Source of the DNA: a candidate division Hyd24-12 bacterium UBA5074
GTDB taxonomy: Bacteria; Fermentibacterota; Fermentibacteria; Fermentibacterales; Fermentibacteraceae
Assembly: GCA_002414865.1 (NCBI GenBank)
Contig: DIAQ01000098.1
Location: 1,039 to 65,038 of the forward strand
DNA length: 64,000 nt
Direction: 5' to 3'
A model generated the notes under the pieces. The model saw nothing but the letters and a program-made list of their open reading frames with translations, did no database searches and was not told the origin of the DNA. Of the stretch, positions 20,795-30,152 are shown piece by piece. The position numbers and the translations under genes are program-made. Numbering within the stretch: position 1 is the first letter of the stretch; every line of letters begins with the position of its first letter.

Positions 20795-21760
20795 TTGATC
20801 AGCAGGGAGACCATCCGGGCTTCTCTCGGGAACTGCCTCACCGACACATCGGGACTCGGGCTGCCGGGTCTGCGCAGAGGAAAGGTCCGCGACATCTACG
20901 ACCTGGGGGACCGCCTGCTCATCGTCACCACCGACAGGCAGAGCGCCTTCGACAGGATCATCGCCTCGGTCCCGTTCAAGGGACAGGTGCTCAACCAGGT
21001 GAGCGCCTTCTGGTTCGAGAGCACATACGACATAGTGCGCAGCTCCGTCATCGAGATACCGGACCCGTGCGCGACCATCGCCGAGAAATGCAGCGTCCTC
21101 CCCGTCGAGTTCATCGTCAGGGGCTACCTCACGGGCAGCACTGCGACATCCGCCTGGACTCTCTACAGGGAGGGAGTCCGGGACATCTGCGGCAACAGGC
21201 TCCCCGACGGGATGGTCAAGAACCAGCGCTTCGCGAGGCCGATCCTCACCCCGACGACCAAGAGCGACATCCACGACGAGCCGCTGACGCCAGCCCAGAT
21301 CGTCGACAGGGGCCTCATGACACGCGCCCGGTGGGAAGAGGCCTCCGAAGTGGCGATGAGGCTCTACGACAGGGGGGTGGAGACAGCCGCATCGAACGGA
21401 CTCGTCCTCGTGGACACAAAGTACGAGATGGGTCTCGACAGGGAGGGGCGACTGACGCTGATCGACGAGGTGCACACGCCGGACTCGAGCAGATACTGGC
21501 TGGCCGGGACCCTCGAGGAGAGGCTCGCAGCGGGACTCGAGCCGGAGAACATCGACAAGGAGTTCCTCAGGCTCTGGTTCGTCGAGCACTGCGATCCCTA
21601 CGGCGACGCCGAGCTGCCGAAGGCTCCGGACGACCTCGTGGTCGAGTTGTCGTCGAGATACATCAGTCTCTACGAGATGATCACCGGCGGGGAGTTCGCG
21701 CCGGCGCCGGGCGAACCCCTCGAAAGGCTCCGCGCGGAGCTGGCCTCGGTGACCCGATGA
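20795..21760 (+). CDS. purC: SAICAR synthase
   Basis: GKVRDIY, TDRQSAFD, TPTTK, DTKYE, DEVHTPDSSRYW, DKEFLR. Confidence 0.97.
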   Translation: MISRETIRASLGNCLTDTSGLGLPGLRRGKVRDIYDLGDRLLIVTTDRQSAFDRIIASVPFKGQVLNQVSAFWFESTYDIVRSSVIEIPDPCATIAEKCSVLPVEFIVRGYLTGSTATSAWTLYREGVRDICGNRLPDGMVKNQRFARPILTPTTKSDIHDEPLTPAQIVDRGLMTRARWEEASEVAMRLYDRGVETAASNGLVLVDTKYEMGLDREGRLTLIDEVHTPDSSRYWLAGTLEERLAAGLEPENIDKEFLRLWFVEHCDPYGDAELPKAPDDLVVELSSRYISLYEMITGGEFAPAPGEPLERLRAELASVTR

Positions 21761-23088
21761 AGGCCGGATCCACCCCGGGGTGCTCCCGGGTCTCCCGGAG
21801 GGCGGCGGTGGCAGCCTCAGCGGTCCTCCTCGCCGCGCTCGCCTGTTCCTGCCGGGAGCACAGGACCGGCGGCCCCTCGGTGCTGATCTTCATCCTCGAC
21901 AGCGTCCGCGCCGATCACCTCGGATGCTACGGCTATCCCCGGGAGACCTCTCCCGTCATCGACAGCCTCGCGGCGGCCGGGACCATCTTCCTGGAAGCGC
22001 AGAGCCAGGCCTGCTGGACTCTCCCTTCTGTGGCCACGGTCCTGACAGGGCTCACGCCTCAGACCACAGGCGTCTCCGAGCGCGAAGGAGTCCTGTACGG
22101 GCTGGACGGCACGGTGCCCTTTCTGCCGGAGCTGATGGAGGACGCCGGGTACCACAGCTTTGCCGAGATGTGCATACCCTGGCTGGGGCCCGATTTCGGC
22201 TTCGACAGGGGCTTCGACGAGTTCATATGCCACACCGACAGGGCGCTCGAAGGCCATCTCCCCGAGAGCGCCGTCCACCTCGCGGACTGGCTGCGCCCGA
22301 TCCCTGCAGGGGAACGCTATTTCGCCGTGATCCACGTCTTCGAGGCCCACAACCCCTTCGACCCATCGCCGCCATGGGACACCGTGTTCGTCGACGACAT
22401 GTCCACGTCCTGGAGGGGCATCTCGAATTTCTCCCTGGACAGCTCTGGCAGGGCGATGTTCCCCGATCAGGCGCCCTACCTCCTCTCGCAGTACGACGGC
22501 GAGATCAGGATGATCGACGAGGGCATCGGAGCAGTGATGGACTCGCTGCGCGCACTCGGGAGGGACCGGGAGACAATTGTGGTGATCCTTGCGGACCATG
22601 GCGAGGAGTTTCTCGAGCGCGGGGGGAACGACCACGGGCACACGATGTTCCAGGAGATGCTCCATGTGCCCCTGATCTTCTCGGGACGCGGCATCCCGCA
22701 GGGCTCCCGGCGGATCGAGGTCGTCGGCCTGCTGGACGTGACCCCGACTCTCCTGTCGGCGGCGCGGGTCCCCGTCCCCCAGGTCGTCGAGGGGCTCGAC
22801 CTCTTTGCCGGAGAGCTGCCGGACCGGGCCATGCCCTCGGGACATACGATGGAGGGAACGCGCTACTGCGTCAGACAGGGGGACATGAAACTGGTGCTGG
22901 ACACTGCCGGGAGCAGCCTCACGCTGTACGACCTGGCCTCCGATCCGGAGGAGCTGCGTCCCCTCCCCCCGGACAGCTCTCTGGGGGACAGCCTGATGAG
23001 ATACCTCAGCAGGCGGCCGATAGGCGCGTCCGGCGTGACGCCCGACAGCGACGCGACGGAGACATTGAGAGGGCTGGGCTACATCTGA
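21757..23088 (+). CDS. Sulfatase-like hydrolase/transferase, paralog of 19504-20781
   Basis: LDSVRADH, WTLPSVATVLTG, ADHGEEF, LRGLGYI; ATG overlaps purC TGA. Confidence 0.9.
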   Translation: MKAGSTPGCSRVSRRAAVAASAVLLAALACSCREHRTGGPSVLIFILDSVRADHLGCYGYPRETSPVIDSLAAAGTIFLEAQSQACWTLPSVATVLTGLTPQTTGVSEREGVLYGLDGTVPFLPELMEDAGYHSFAEMCIPWLGPDFGFDRGFDEFICHTDRALEGHLPESAVHLADWLRPIPAGERYFAVIHVFEAHNPFDPSPPWDTVFVDDMSTSWRGISNFSLDSSGRAMFPDQAPYLLSQYDGEIRMIDEGIGAVMDSLRALGRDRETIVVILADHGEEFLERGGNDHGHTMFQEMLHVPLIFSGRGIPQGSRRIEVVGLLDVTPTLLSAARVPVPQVVEGLDLFAGELPDRAMPSGHTMEGTRYCVRQGDMKLVLDTAGSSLTLYDLASDPEELRPLPPDSSLGDSLMRYLSRRPIGASGVTPDSDATETLRGLGYI

Positions 23089-23092
23089 CCCG

Positions 23093-25216
23093 TCAGGGCT
23101 GTTCGAAGAGGTCGCCCTGATCGAGCCCGGAGGCTTCCCTGAGAAGGTCGGAGGCCTTGGAGCGCAGGGCTTCCGCATTCCGCAGTATCTCGTCCACATC
23201 CTGTGATGGAGCGTCGGGCATGGGCGGCCCTGGCGCTGGCAGGGCATCTCCTCCGGCGGCTCCGCCGTCCTCCGGAGCGGCCGGCGCTTCCCGGGCGGCG
23301 GGTTCGGCCTCGGCGGCCTGCTCCACGATCCTGATGGAGGAGATGATCCTCGTGCCCCCCAGCCTCACTCCCCTCGCGGAGGGGCTCCTCTCTGCGATGC
23401 CGGCTGCGGGCACGCAGCCCTTCCTCGTCCTGGCCCCGCGGCGCTTCTCGAAGAAGAATTCGAGGGAGATGCCCTGTCTGTCGCTCAGCAGGAGGAGCTC
23501 GGCGCCCGGCGGCACCAGCGAGTATTCCTTCTCGAGGATGAAACTCTCGATCCTGAAGCGCTTGCAGTAGCAGAACCTGTGCTCGGGCTCCCTGTAGACG
23601 GCCGTGAAGAGCCTGTCCTTGTCCTGGATGCCGCAGAAGACGGTCTCCTTGCCGAGGAAGTGCTTGTCGCCCATGGGCAGCAGCTTGTAGGTGCCGTCCT
23701 CGAAGATCGCCAGTATCCGGTCATACTCCGAGGCGTCGAAGGTCACATCGCCCTTCACCTGGGTTCCTGCGAAACCGCCCTTCTGGTCGAAGCCCACCTT
23801 CAGGTTTCGAAGCGAGACCCCCTTCACGTCTATGTCGTCGAAGGCCTCGATCCTGGTCCTCCTAGGGAAGCGCTTCCCGTACTTCTTCGCCAGGGCCTGC
23901 AGCCAGCGCACGGTGAAGGCGGCCAGATCGGACAGGTTTCGCGAGGATTCGTCCATGGCTGCTCGGATAGTGCCCATCTCCGTTCTGTGGGCCTCGATGT
24001 CGAAACGGGAAATCCTGCGTATCCTGATGGCCAGGAGTTTCTCCAGGTCGTCGTCGCGCAGCTCCAGGTCTCCGAGGTGGGGCGCCATTCCGGTCCTCAC
24101 GGCCGAGGCCACCGCCTCCTCTGAAGCGGCCTTCTCGAGGCCCGAGTAGACGCGGTTCTCTATGAAGATCTGCTCGAGCGTCATCCAGCGGAGCCTGGCT
24201 CCGAGGTCCGCGAGCTCCAGCTCGAGCTGCCTGCGCATGATGTCGAGCAGCCGGTCGGCGCTCCTGTGCACGAGATCGGAGACCGATGTCTCCAGGGGCC
24301 TCCCCCCGCATATGACCAGTCCGTTGGAGGTCCAGGTCACCTCGCAGTCGGTATGCGCGAAGAGCTGGGCCACGGTTTCCTCGGGCTCCGCTCCTCTCGC
24401 GAGGCTGAGCTCTATCTCCACCGAGCCTGCCGTGAAGTCGTCGATCGAGCTTATCCTGACCCGGCCCTTCCGCGCGGCCGCCTCTATCGAGGCGATGAGG
24501 CTGTCCGCGGTCGTGCCCCAGGGTATCTCCCTTATCACGAGCTTCTTCAGGCCCTTCTTGCGCTCGATGGTAGCCCGGTTGCGGATCCTGCCGGTGCCGT
24601 CGGCGTAGGCGGATGCATCGATGCTGCCGCCGTGCGGAAAGTCTGGGTAGAGCGAGAAATCCTGCCCCCTGATGCAGGAGATCATGGCCTGCACCACCTC
24701 GCCGAAGTTATGGGGGAGGATCCTGGTGGACATCCCGACTGCGATTCCCTCGGCACCCAGAAGCAGGGCGACGGGAAGCCTGGCCGGGAGGCTCACCGGC
24801 TCCCGGTTGCGGCCGTCGTAGCTCTCGATGAACTCCGTGAGCCTGTCGTCCAGCAGCACCTCGCGCGCGAGCTCCGTGAGCCTGCACTCGATGTAGCGCG
24901 GCGCCGAGGCCTCGTCGCCGGTGAGCTGGTTGCCGAAGTTGCCCTGGGTCTCGATGAAGTAGCCCCTGTTGGCCAGCGAGACGAGCGCGTCGCCGATGGA
25001 CTGGTCTCCGTGCGGATGGTAGCGCATGCAGTGGCCTATCACGTTGGCCACCTTGTTGAAACGGCCGTCGTCCATCTCCCGCAGGCTCCAGAGGATTCTG
25101 CGCTGCACCGGTTTCAGCCCATCCGCCTCGTCAGGGATGGCCCTGTCCTTGATGACGTATGAGGCATACTCCAGGAAGTTGTCCTGGAACAGGTTCTTCA
25201 GCGCGGCATCGGTCAT
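23093..25216 (-). CDS. parC: DNA topoisomerase IV subunit A
   Basis: DRAIP, DGLKPVQRR, YHPHGD, APRYIE catalytic Tyr; no GyrA box seen. Confidence 0.9.
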   Translation of the reverse strand: MTDAALKNLFQDNFLEYASYVIKDRAIPDEADGLKPVQRRILWSLREMDDGRFNKVANVIGHCMRYHPHGDQSIGDALVSLANRGYFIETQGNFGNQLTGDEASAPRYIECRLTELAREVLLDDRLTEFIESYDGRNREPVSLPARLPVALLLGAEGIAVGMSTRILPHNFGEVVQAMISCIRGQDFSLYPDFPHGGSIDASAYADGTGRIRNRATIERKKGLKKLVIREIPWGTTADSLIASIEAAARKGRVRISSIDDFTAGSVEIELSLARGAEPEETVAQLFAHTDCEVTWTSNGLVICGGRPLETSVSDLVHRSADRLLDIMRRQLELELADLGARLRWMTLEQIFIENRVYSGLEKAASEEAVASAVRTGMAPHLGDLELRDDDLEKLLAIRIRRISRFDIEAHRTEMGTIRAAMDESSRNLSDLAAFTVRWLQALAKKYGKRFPRRTRIEAFDDIDVKGVSLRNLKVGFDQKGGFAGTQVKGDVTFDASEYDRILAIFEDGTYKLLPMGDKHFLGKETVFCGIQDKDRLFTAVYREPEHRFCYCKRFRIESFILEKEYSLVPPGAELLLLSDRQGISLEFFFEKRRGARTRKGCVPAAGIAERSPSARGVRLGGTRIISSIRIVEQAAEAEPAAREAPAAPEDGGAAGGDALPAPGPPMPDAPSQDVDEILRNAEALRSKASDLLREASGLDQGDLFEQP

Positions 25217-27069
25217 CTCAGGTTGTCCATGATGAACTCGCGCCTCTCGGGCGTGTTCCTGCCCATGAAGAACTCGAGCATGTCCGGGACTTCCTTCATC
25301 CTGCCGATGGAGACCGGGAGGAGCCTCATCTCTCCCTTGATGAAGCGGCCGAACTCGTCGGGGGAGATCTCACCCAGACCCTTGAACCTGGTTATCTCCG
25401 CGCCGCGCCCGAGGCGGGTCAGGGCCTGCTCGCGCTCGCGAGGGCTGTAGCAGTAGACCGTCTCCTTCCTGTTCCTTACGCGGAAGAGCGGCGTCTCGAG
25501 TATGAAGAGATGGTTGTCGAGGACGAGCCCCTCGAAGAAGTGCAGGAAGAAGGTCAGCAGCAGGTTCCTGATGTGCATCCCGTCGACGTCGGCATCGGTG
25601 GCCAGCACTATCCTGTTGTATCTCAGACCTTCGACACCAGCTTCTATGTTGAGGGCCTGCATTATGTTATAGAATTCCTCGTTGTTGTAGAGGGTTTCCC
25701 TCCTCAGGCCGTGGCAGTTCAACGGCTTGCCCCTCAGCGAGAAGACGGCCTGAGTGGAGACGTCGCGGCTCGCGACGATGCTCCCTGACGCGCTCTGACC
25801 CTCGGTGAGGAAGATCGTGCTCTCCTCGGCGAGGGGATCGGCGTCGCCCAGGTGGACCCTGCAGTCCCTCAGGCTCGGTATCCTGATGGCGATCTTCCTG
25901 GCGCGCTCGCGGGCCTTCTTGCGGACGCTCTGGAGCTCGGTGCGGATGCTGAGGTTCACCTGGATCTTGGCCAGGAGAGCCTCGGCGATCTGGGGGTTCC
26001 TGTGCAGGATCTGCTCGACCTCCTGCCTTATGGTGTTGACCAGGGGACCCCTTATCTCCGTGTTCCCGAGCCTCGTCTTGGTCTGGCTCTCGAAGACCGG
26101 CTCCTTCAGCCTTATCGCGACGATGCCCGCGATGCCCTCCCGGATGTCCTCCGGGGCGAAGTTCTTTCCGGCATAAGAGTTGATGCCTTTGAGCACGCCC
26201 TCCTTGAAGGCCGAGAGGTGTGTGCCGCCCGCACTCGTGTACTGCCCGTTGGCGAAGGACATGTACTTCTCCCCGAAGTCCTGCGTGTGGGAGAAGGCGA
26301 ACTCCAGCGTGTCGCTCCTGTGGTAGACAGGAGGATAGATGATGGACTCGCCGGCCTCGTCGTTGAGGAGGTCGCGAAGCCCCTCCTGCGAGATGAAGCT
26401 CTCGCCGTTAAGGACCATCCTGAGCCCGGTGTTGAGGTAGGCGTAATGCCTCGCCCGGTGGACCAGGAACTCGGTCCTGAAGGAGTAGCCGGGGAAGATC
26501 TCCGAGTCGGGGGTGAACTCGACCCGGGTGCCGTTGCTGTCGCTGGTCACGCCGGAGTCCTCCGAGACCTTCACGCCCCTGCAGAAGCAGATCTCGGCGA
26601 AGCGCCCGTCACGGCATGTGACGACGCGGAACCTCTCCGAGAGGGCGTTCACCGCCTTGGCGCCCACTCCGTTGAGCCCGACGCTGAACTGGAAGGCGTC
26701 GGTGTTGTACTTCGCACCCGTGTTGATCACGGAGACGCACTCCTCGAGCCTGCCCAGGGGGATGCCCCGGCCCCAGTCCCTCACCTTGCAGGAGGCGCCG
26801 TCGCACTCTATCGCGATGCGGCGCCCGCACCCCATGATGAACTCGTCCACCGCATTGTCCACGACCTCCTTGAAGAGGACGTAGATGCCGTCGTCGGGAT
26901 GCGAGCCATCGCCGAGGCGGCCGATGTACATGCCTGTGCGGAGGCGGATGTGCTCGACGGAGCTCAGGGTCCTCACCCTGGACTCGTCGTAGGTCCCAGC
27001 CGCGCTGCCTGTCTCGGGAAACCCTTCAGCCACCATATCTGAACTCCGGGATATCGACGTGTACGACAT
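25213..27069 (-). CDS. parE: DNA topoisomerase IV subunit B (start may be 27036)
   Basis: EVVDNAVDE, GRGIP, GLNGVG, TEGQSA, LRGKPLN, TDADVDG, RFKGLGE. Confidence 0.9.
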   Translation of the reverse strand: MSYTSISRSSDMVAEGFPETGSAAGTYDESRVRTLSSVEHIRLRTGMYIGRLGDGSHPDDGIYVLFKEVVDNAVDEFIMGCGRRIAIECDGASCKVRDWGRGIPLGRLEECVSVINTGAKYNTDAFQFSVGLNGVGAKAVNALSERFRVVTCRDGRFAEICFCRGVKVSEDSGVTSDSNGTRVEFTPDSEIFPGYSFRTEFLVHRARHYAYLNTGLRMVLNGESFISQEGLRDLLNDEAGESIIYPPVYHRSDTLEFAFSHTQDFGEKYMSFANGQYTSAGGTHLSAFKEGVLKGINSYAGKNFAPEDIREGIAGIVAIRLKEPVFESQTKTRLGNTEIRGPLVNTIRQEVEQILHRNPQIAEALLAKIQVNLSIRTELQSVRKKARERARKIAIRIPSLRDCRVHLGDADPLAEESTIFLTEGQSASGSIVASRDVSTQAVFSLRGKPLNCHGLRRETLYNNEEFYNIMQALNIEAGVEGLRYNRIVLATDADVDGMHIRNLLLTFFLHFFEGLVLDNHLFILETPLFRVRNRKETVYCYSPREREQALTRLGRGAEITRFKGLGEISPDEFGRFIKGEMRLLPVSIGRMKEVPDMLEFFMGRNTPERREFIMDNLR

Positions 27070-27135
27070 GTAGTATACGAATGCAGCGGCACTCGCGCAT
27101 TCCCCGCCCTATTGTGGTTCGGAGGGACCCGGGTA

Positions 27136-28587
27136 CTACCCGTTGGTCCGTCGTCGGCGGAACCTCGCAGGCAGCAGCATGTCGGCGCCGCCCGAATGAA
27201 TCCAGGGGATGGCGAAGACCGCCGCAGGCACCGCTGACCTCAGGAGGAGCGGCGCCCGGCCGAGGAGGAGGGCGGCGGCCACGGCGGGCAGCGCGCAGAG
27301 GGAGGGCTTCACGAGGGCCGAGAAGATCCCTGCGCCGGTCCACCTTCTTAGAGCCGCGAGAAGGACCGCCGACATGAAGAGGTTGGTCGCGAGGTAGGTC
27401 GTCGCGGTGCCTTCGATCCCCAGGAGAGGAACCAGAGCCAGGTTACCGGCGGTCGCCACGACCAGTCCGGCGGCTGCGGCTCCCATGGCGCTCTTCCTCC
27501 TGCCCGCGGCCATGGCCCCCGCCAGGAGGAAGTTCATCCAGAAGGCGGGCACGATGGCGGCCAGGGAGAGCGCATAGGCGGTTCCCAGGGTTCCCTGGTC
27601 CAGACCCCTGAGATAGCCTCCTCCCCAGACCAGCTCGAGGACCGGGAGGCCGCCCGAGGCGAAGACCAGGAGGCACATGACGGCAAGCCCCGTCACCAGC
27701 TGGGCAATCGAGCGCATGGCGGCCCTCGCCTCCGCCTGCCCCTCCTCCATGGCCCTGCAGAGGGCCGGGAACAGAGCTCCGGGCAGCAGCGCAGGAGTTA
27801 TCAGCAGGGTCAGGGAGTCCACTATCCTGTAGCATTCCTGCCACGCCCCCACGACCCTCTCGCCCGCGGCTCCCGCGAGCACCAGGTTGTCGACGCGCTG
27901 GAGCACGATCATCAGGAGCCCCATCACCCCCAGGGACCAGCTCTCGCGCAGCAGATCCGCCGAGGCTTTGCGCGAGAAGGACGGGATGAGCGAGAATCCG
28001 AAGCCGCCCAGGAAGATCGCCACCGAGAACAGCATCAGCATGGACCTCAGCGCGTAGGTGGCCGCTGCCGCATGGATGCCCAGGTCGAGCTGTGTCACGG
28101 CGACGAGCAGCAGGATGGATGTGACTCCGGACACGGCCCGTGAGACTCCCTCGCCCGCCGTGCGCTCGGCACCCCTGAAGACCGCGAAGCCTATCTCGGA
28201 GAATGCGTCGAAGGCGAAGGACGCCAGGATGAAGACCGCGGGCAGGAAGAACGAGGAGCCGAGGCAGAGCCGGCAGAACACGATCGCTGCCGCACCGGGC
28301 AGACAGACGGCGGCCAGCCTGAGACCCGAGGCCTGCCTCACGAGCCGGCCCATCCCGGGCCTGGAGGTGCTCATCCTCCTGTTCAGGGTCATCGAGACGC
28401 CCATGTCGGCCGCGAAGAAGAAGATCTGCCCGATGGCGACCGTGAGGGTCAGGAGGCCGAACTCGCCGTCGTCCAGATACCGTGAGAGCAGCATCATCCC
28501 CGCGATGAAGCAGCCCTTCGTCATCACCTGTCCGACGAGGAGCGTTGCGCTGTTCCTGGCCGGTGAGGAGCGCGCCCTGCCCATCAT
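27136..28587 (-). CDS. Wzx-like oligosaccharide flippase
   Basis: ARNSA...RYL-x3-EFG, DMG, R-x-D-x3-L...VG-x-W pattern with many TM helices; start coupled to upstream TGA. Confidence 0.8.
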   Translation of the reverse strand: MMGRARSSPARNSATLLVGQVMTKGCFIAGMMLLSRYLDDGEFGLLTLTVAIGQIFFFAADMGVSMTLNRRMSTSRPGMGRLVRQASGLRLAAVCLPGAAAIVFCRLCLGSSFFLPAVFILASFAFDAFSEIGFAVFRGAERTAGEGVSRAVSGVTSILLLVAVTQLDLGIHAAAATYALRSMLMLFSVAIFLGGFGFSLIPSFSRKASADLLRESWSLGVMGLLMIVLQRVDNLVLAGAAGERVVGAWQECYRIVDSLTLLITPALLPGALFPALCRAMEEGQAEARAAMRSIAQLVTGLAVMCLLVFASGGLPVLELVWGGGYLRGLDQGTLGTAYALSLAAIVPAFWMNFLLAGAMAAGRRKSAMGAAAAGLVVATAGNLALVPLLGIEGTATTYLATNLFMSAVLLAALRRWTGAGIFSALVKPSLCALPAVAAALLLGRAPLLLRSAVPAAVFAIPWIHSGGADMLLPARFRRRRTNG

Positions 28588-30152
28588 CACTTCCGCCGAA
28601 CCACGAAGATCGAGAAGGGGCCCCCGCTGTTCTCCAGCGGGATCTCCCTGAGCAGGGAGCGGACCTCGAGGGAGGTTATCAGATTCCTGTCCGCCATCAC
28701 GTCGCTTCCGGAGCCGATGACGCTGTCGGCGCCCGTGAGGACCGGTCCCCTGGTATCCCGGGGATCGTTCGCCAGGAGCAGATAGGGGCCGCCGGCGGCG
28801 GAGTCCCACACCGCGACGAGGGAGTCGGTGTCGTGCATCATGTACCCGATCGCGGCGACGGGGCTGTCGAAGATGAAGCGCCTGGCTGCAAAGGCTTCCC
28901 GGTAAGGATGCCAGACGATCGCGGACGGGTCGGTGCCGGTCTGGTCGAAGTGATAGAGGAACGCCAGGGTCGTGTAGGAATCGAGGTAGCAGACGATCGG
29001 CAGGTCCTCCCCCCCGTTCTCGGCAGCCGCGACCGAAGCGGCCTCCTGAAGATCCCTGTCGAAGGTGCATCTCTGCGGGAGCGTGTGCCGGGTGGCGAAG
29101 GGCACGCAGAGAGCCAAGGACATGCCCACCGCGAGGGCGGTGGCGGGCTTCCTCAGCCTTCCGGCGCTTTCGAGCCCTGCCGCGGCGATGGACATGAATG
29201 CCGGCAGGGCCATGGCGAAGTGCCTTGCGGACGGCCTGATGAAGCTCAGCGGAACGAGGGTCCAGAGGAGGATGAACAGGGCTGCGGGACCCGCTCTGCG
29301 GGCTCCCCTGACCGCCGCTGCACCGAGCAGCGCCAGCTGGGCGAAGCCCAGGACAGGCCAGACGCCCATAGAAGCCGGTGAGAACCGGTCGAAGTCCGCC
29401 GAGGCGGTTCCGGAGGCGAACCTGAACAGCGTGCCCGCAATCGAAAGAGGAGCTTCCACGAGGGCCATGATGGGCGCCCTCTGGGAGATCAGCATGCTCG
29501 TGACTTCATCCTTCGCGCCCGCCAGCCTTTCCGCCTGCCCGCCGACTTCCGGGAGCCAGGGCAGGAACAAGAGAAGCGGGATCGCCACCGCGAGGGCCGC
29601 CAGGCCCGGTCTCCTGCGGAGGAAGAGCAGGGATGCCGCGGCCACCACTCCGAGCCAGGCGAAGTAATGCACCCAGACGGCGACGCACAGACATGCGACG
29701 AGCAGGATCGCATCACGAGGGCTCCGCCTCTCGAGCACCCGCTCCAGGAGGACCAGCTCCACCCCTCCGAGGAGCGCCATCAGGCCGTACATCCTCAGCT
29801 CGACTCCCAGGTGGAGGAGGAACGGGCTCACGCAGAGCAGGAGTGCCGCGGACCGGCGCATCGTGAGGGCCGCCATCGCGCACAGGACGAGCGCTGGAAG
29901 GAGGGATGAAGTGCGCAGGGTGAGGAGCCCCGTGCCGAGAAGCCGGCCCCATGCTCCGAGGTACAGGAAGTGGGCGGGAAGGTGCACATCGACAGCCGCA
30001 TTGGAGTAGACGGCGGCGGGGGGCGACATCGAGACCGCGATGCTGTAGGCCTCGTCCCCCGTCAGGCTGCGGTTCCAGGAGAGCGCCCAGAGGCCCGCGA
30101 ACGCCAGAGGCAGGAGCAGCAGGACTGCAGGCCCCGGCCGGTCCCGGATCAT
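28587..30152 (-). CDS. GT-C fold membrane glycosyltransferase (PMT/ArnT-like)
   Basis: DEAYS, H-x-P-x-x-F, ELRMY, HYF motifs; multi-TM; ATGA overlap at 30149-30152. Confidence 0.75.
   Translation of the reverse strand: MIRDRPGPAVLLLLPLAFAGLWALSWNRSLTGDEAYSIAVSMSPPAAVYSNAAVDVHLPAHFLYLGAWGRLLGTGLLTLRTSSLLPALVLCAMAALTMRRSAALLLCVSPFLLHLGVELRMYGLMALLGGVELVLLERVLERRSPRDAILLVACLCVAVWVHYFAWLGVVAAASLLFLRRRPGLAALAVAIPLLLFLPWLPEVGGQAERLAGAKDEVTSMLISQRAPIMALVEAPLSIAGTLFRFASGTASADFDRFSPASMGVWPVLGFAQLALLGAAAVRGARRAGPAALFILLWTLVPLSFIRPSARHFAMALPAFMSIAAAGLESAGRLRKPATALAVGMSLALCVPFATRHTLPQRCTFDRDLQEAASVAAAENGGEDLPIVCYLDSYTTLAFLYHFDQTGTDPSAIVWHPYREAFAARRFIFDSPVAAIGYMMHDTDSLVAVWDSAAGGPYLLLANDPRDTRGPVLTGADSVIGSGSDVMADRNLITSLEVRSLLREIPLENSGGPFSIFVVRRK

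Noticed and set aside
23093..27069. Annotation as DNA gyrase gyrA/gyrB
   Set aside because: No GyrA box was seen, the C-terminal domain is short and divergent, and N-terminal motifs fit topoisomerase IV better; phylogeny would settle it.
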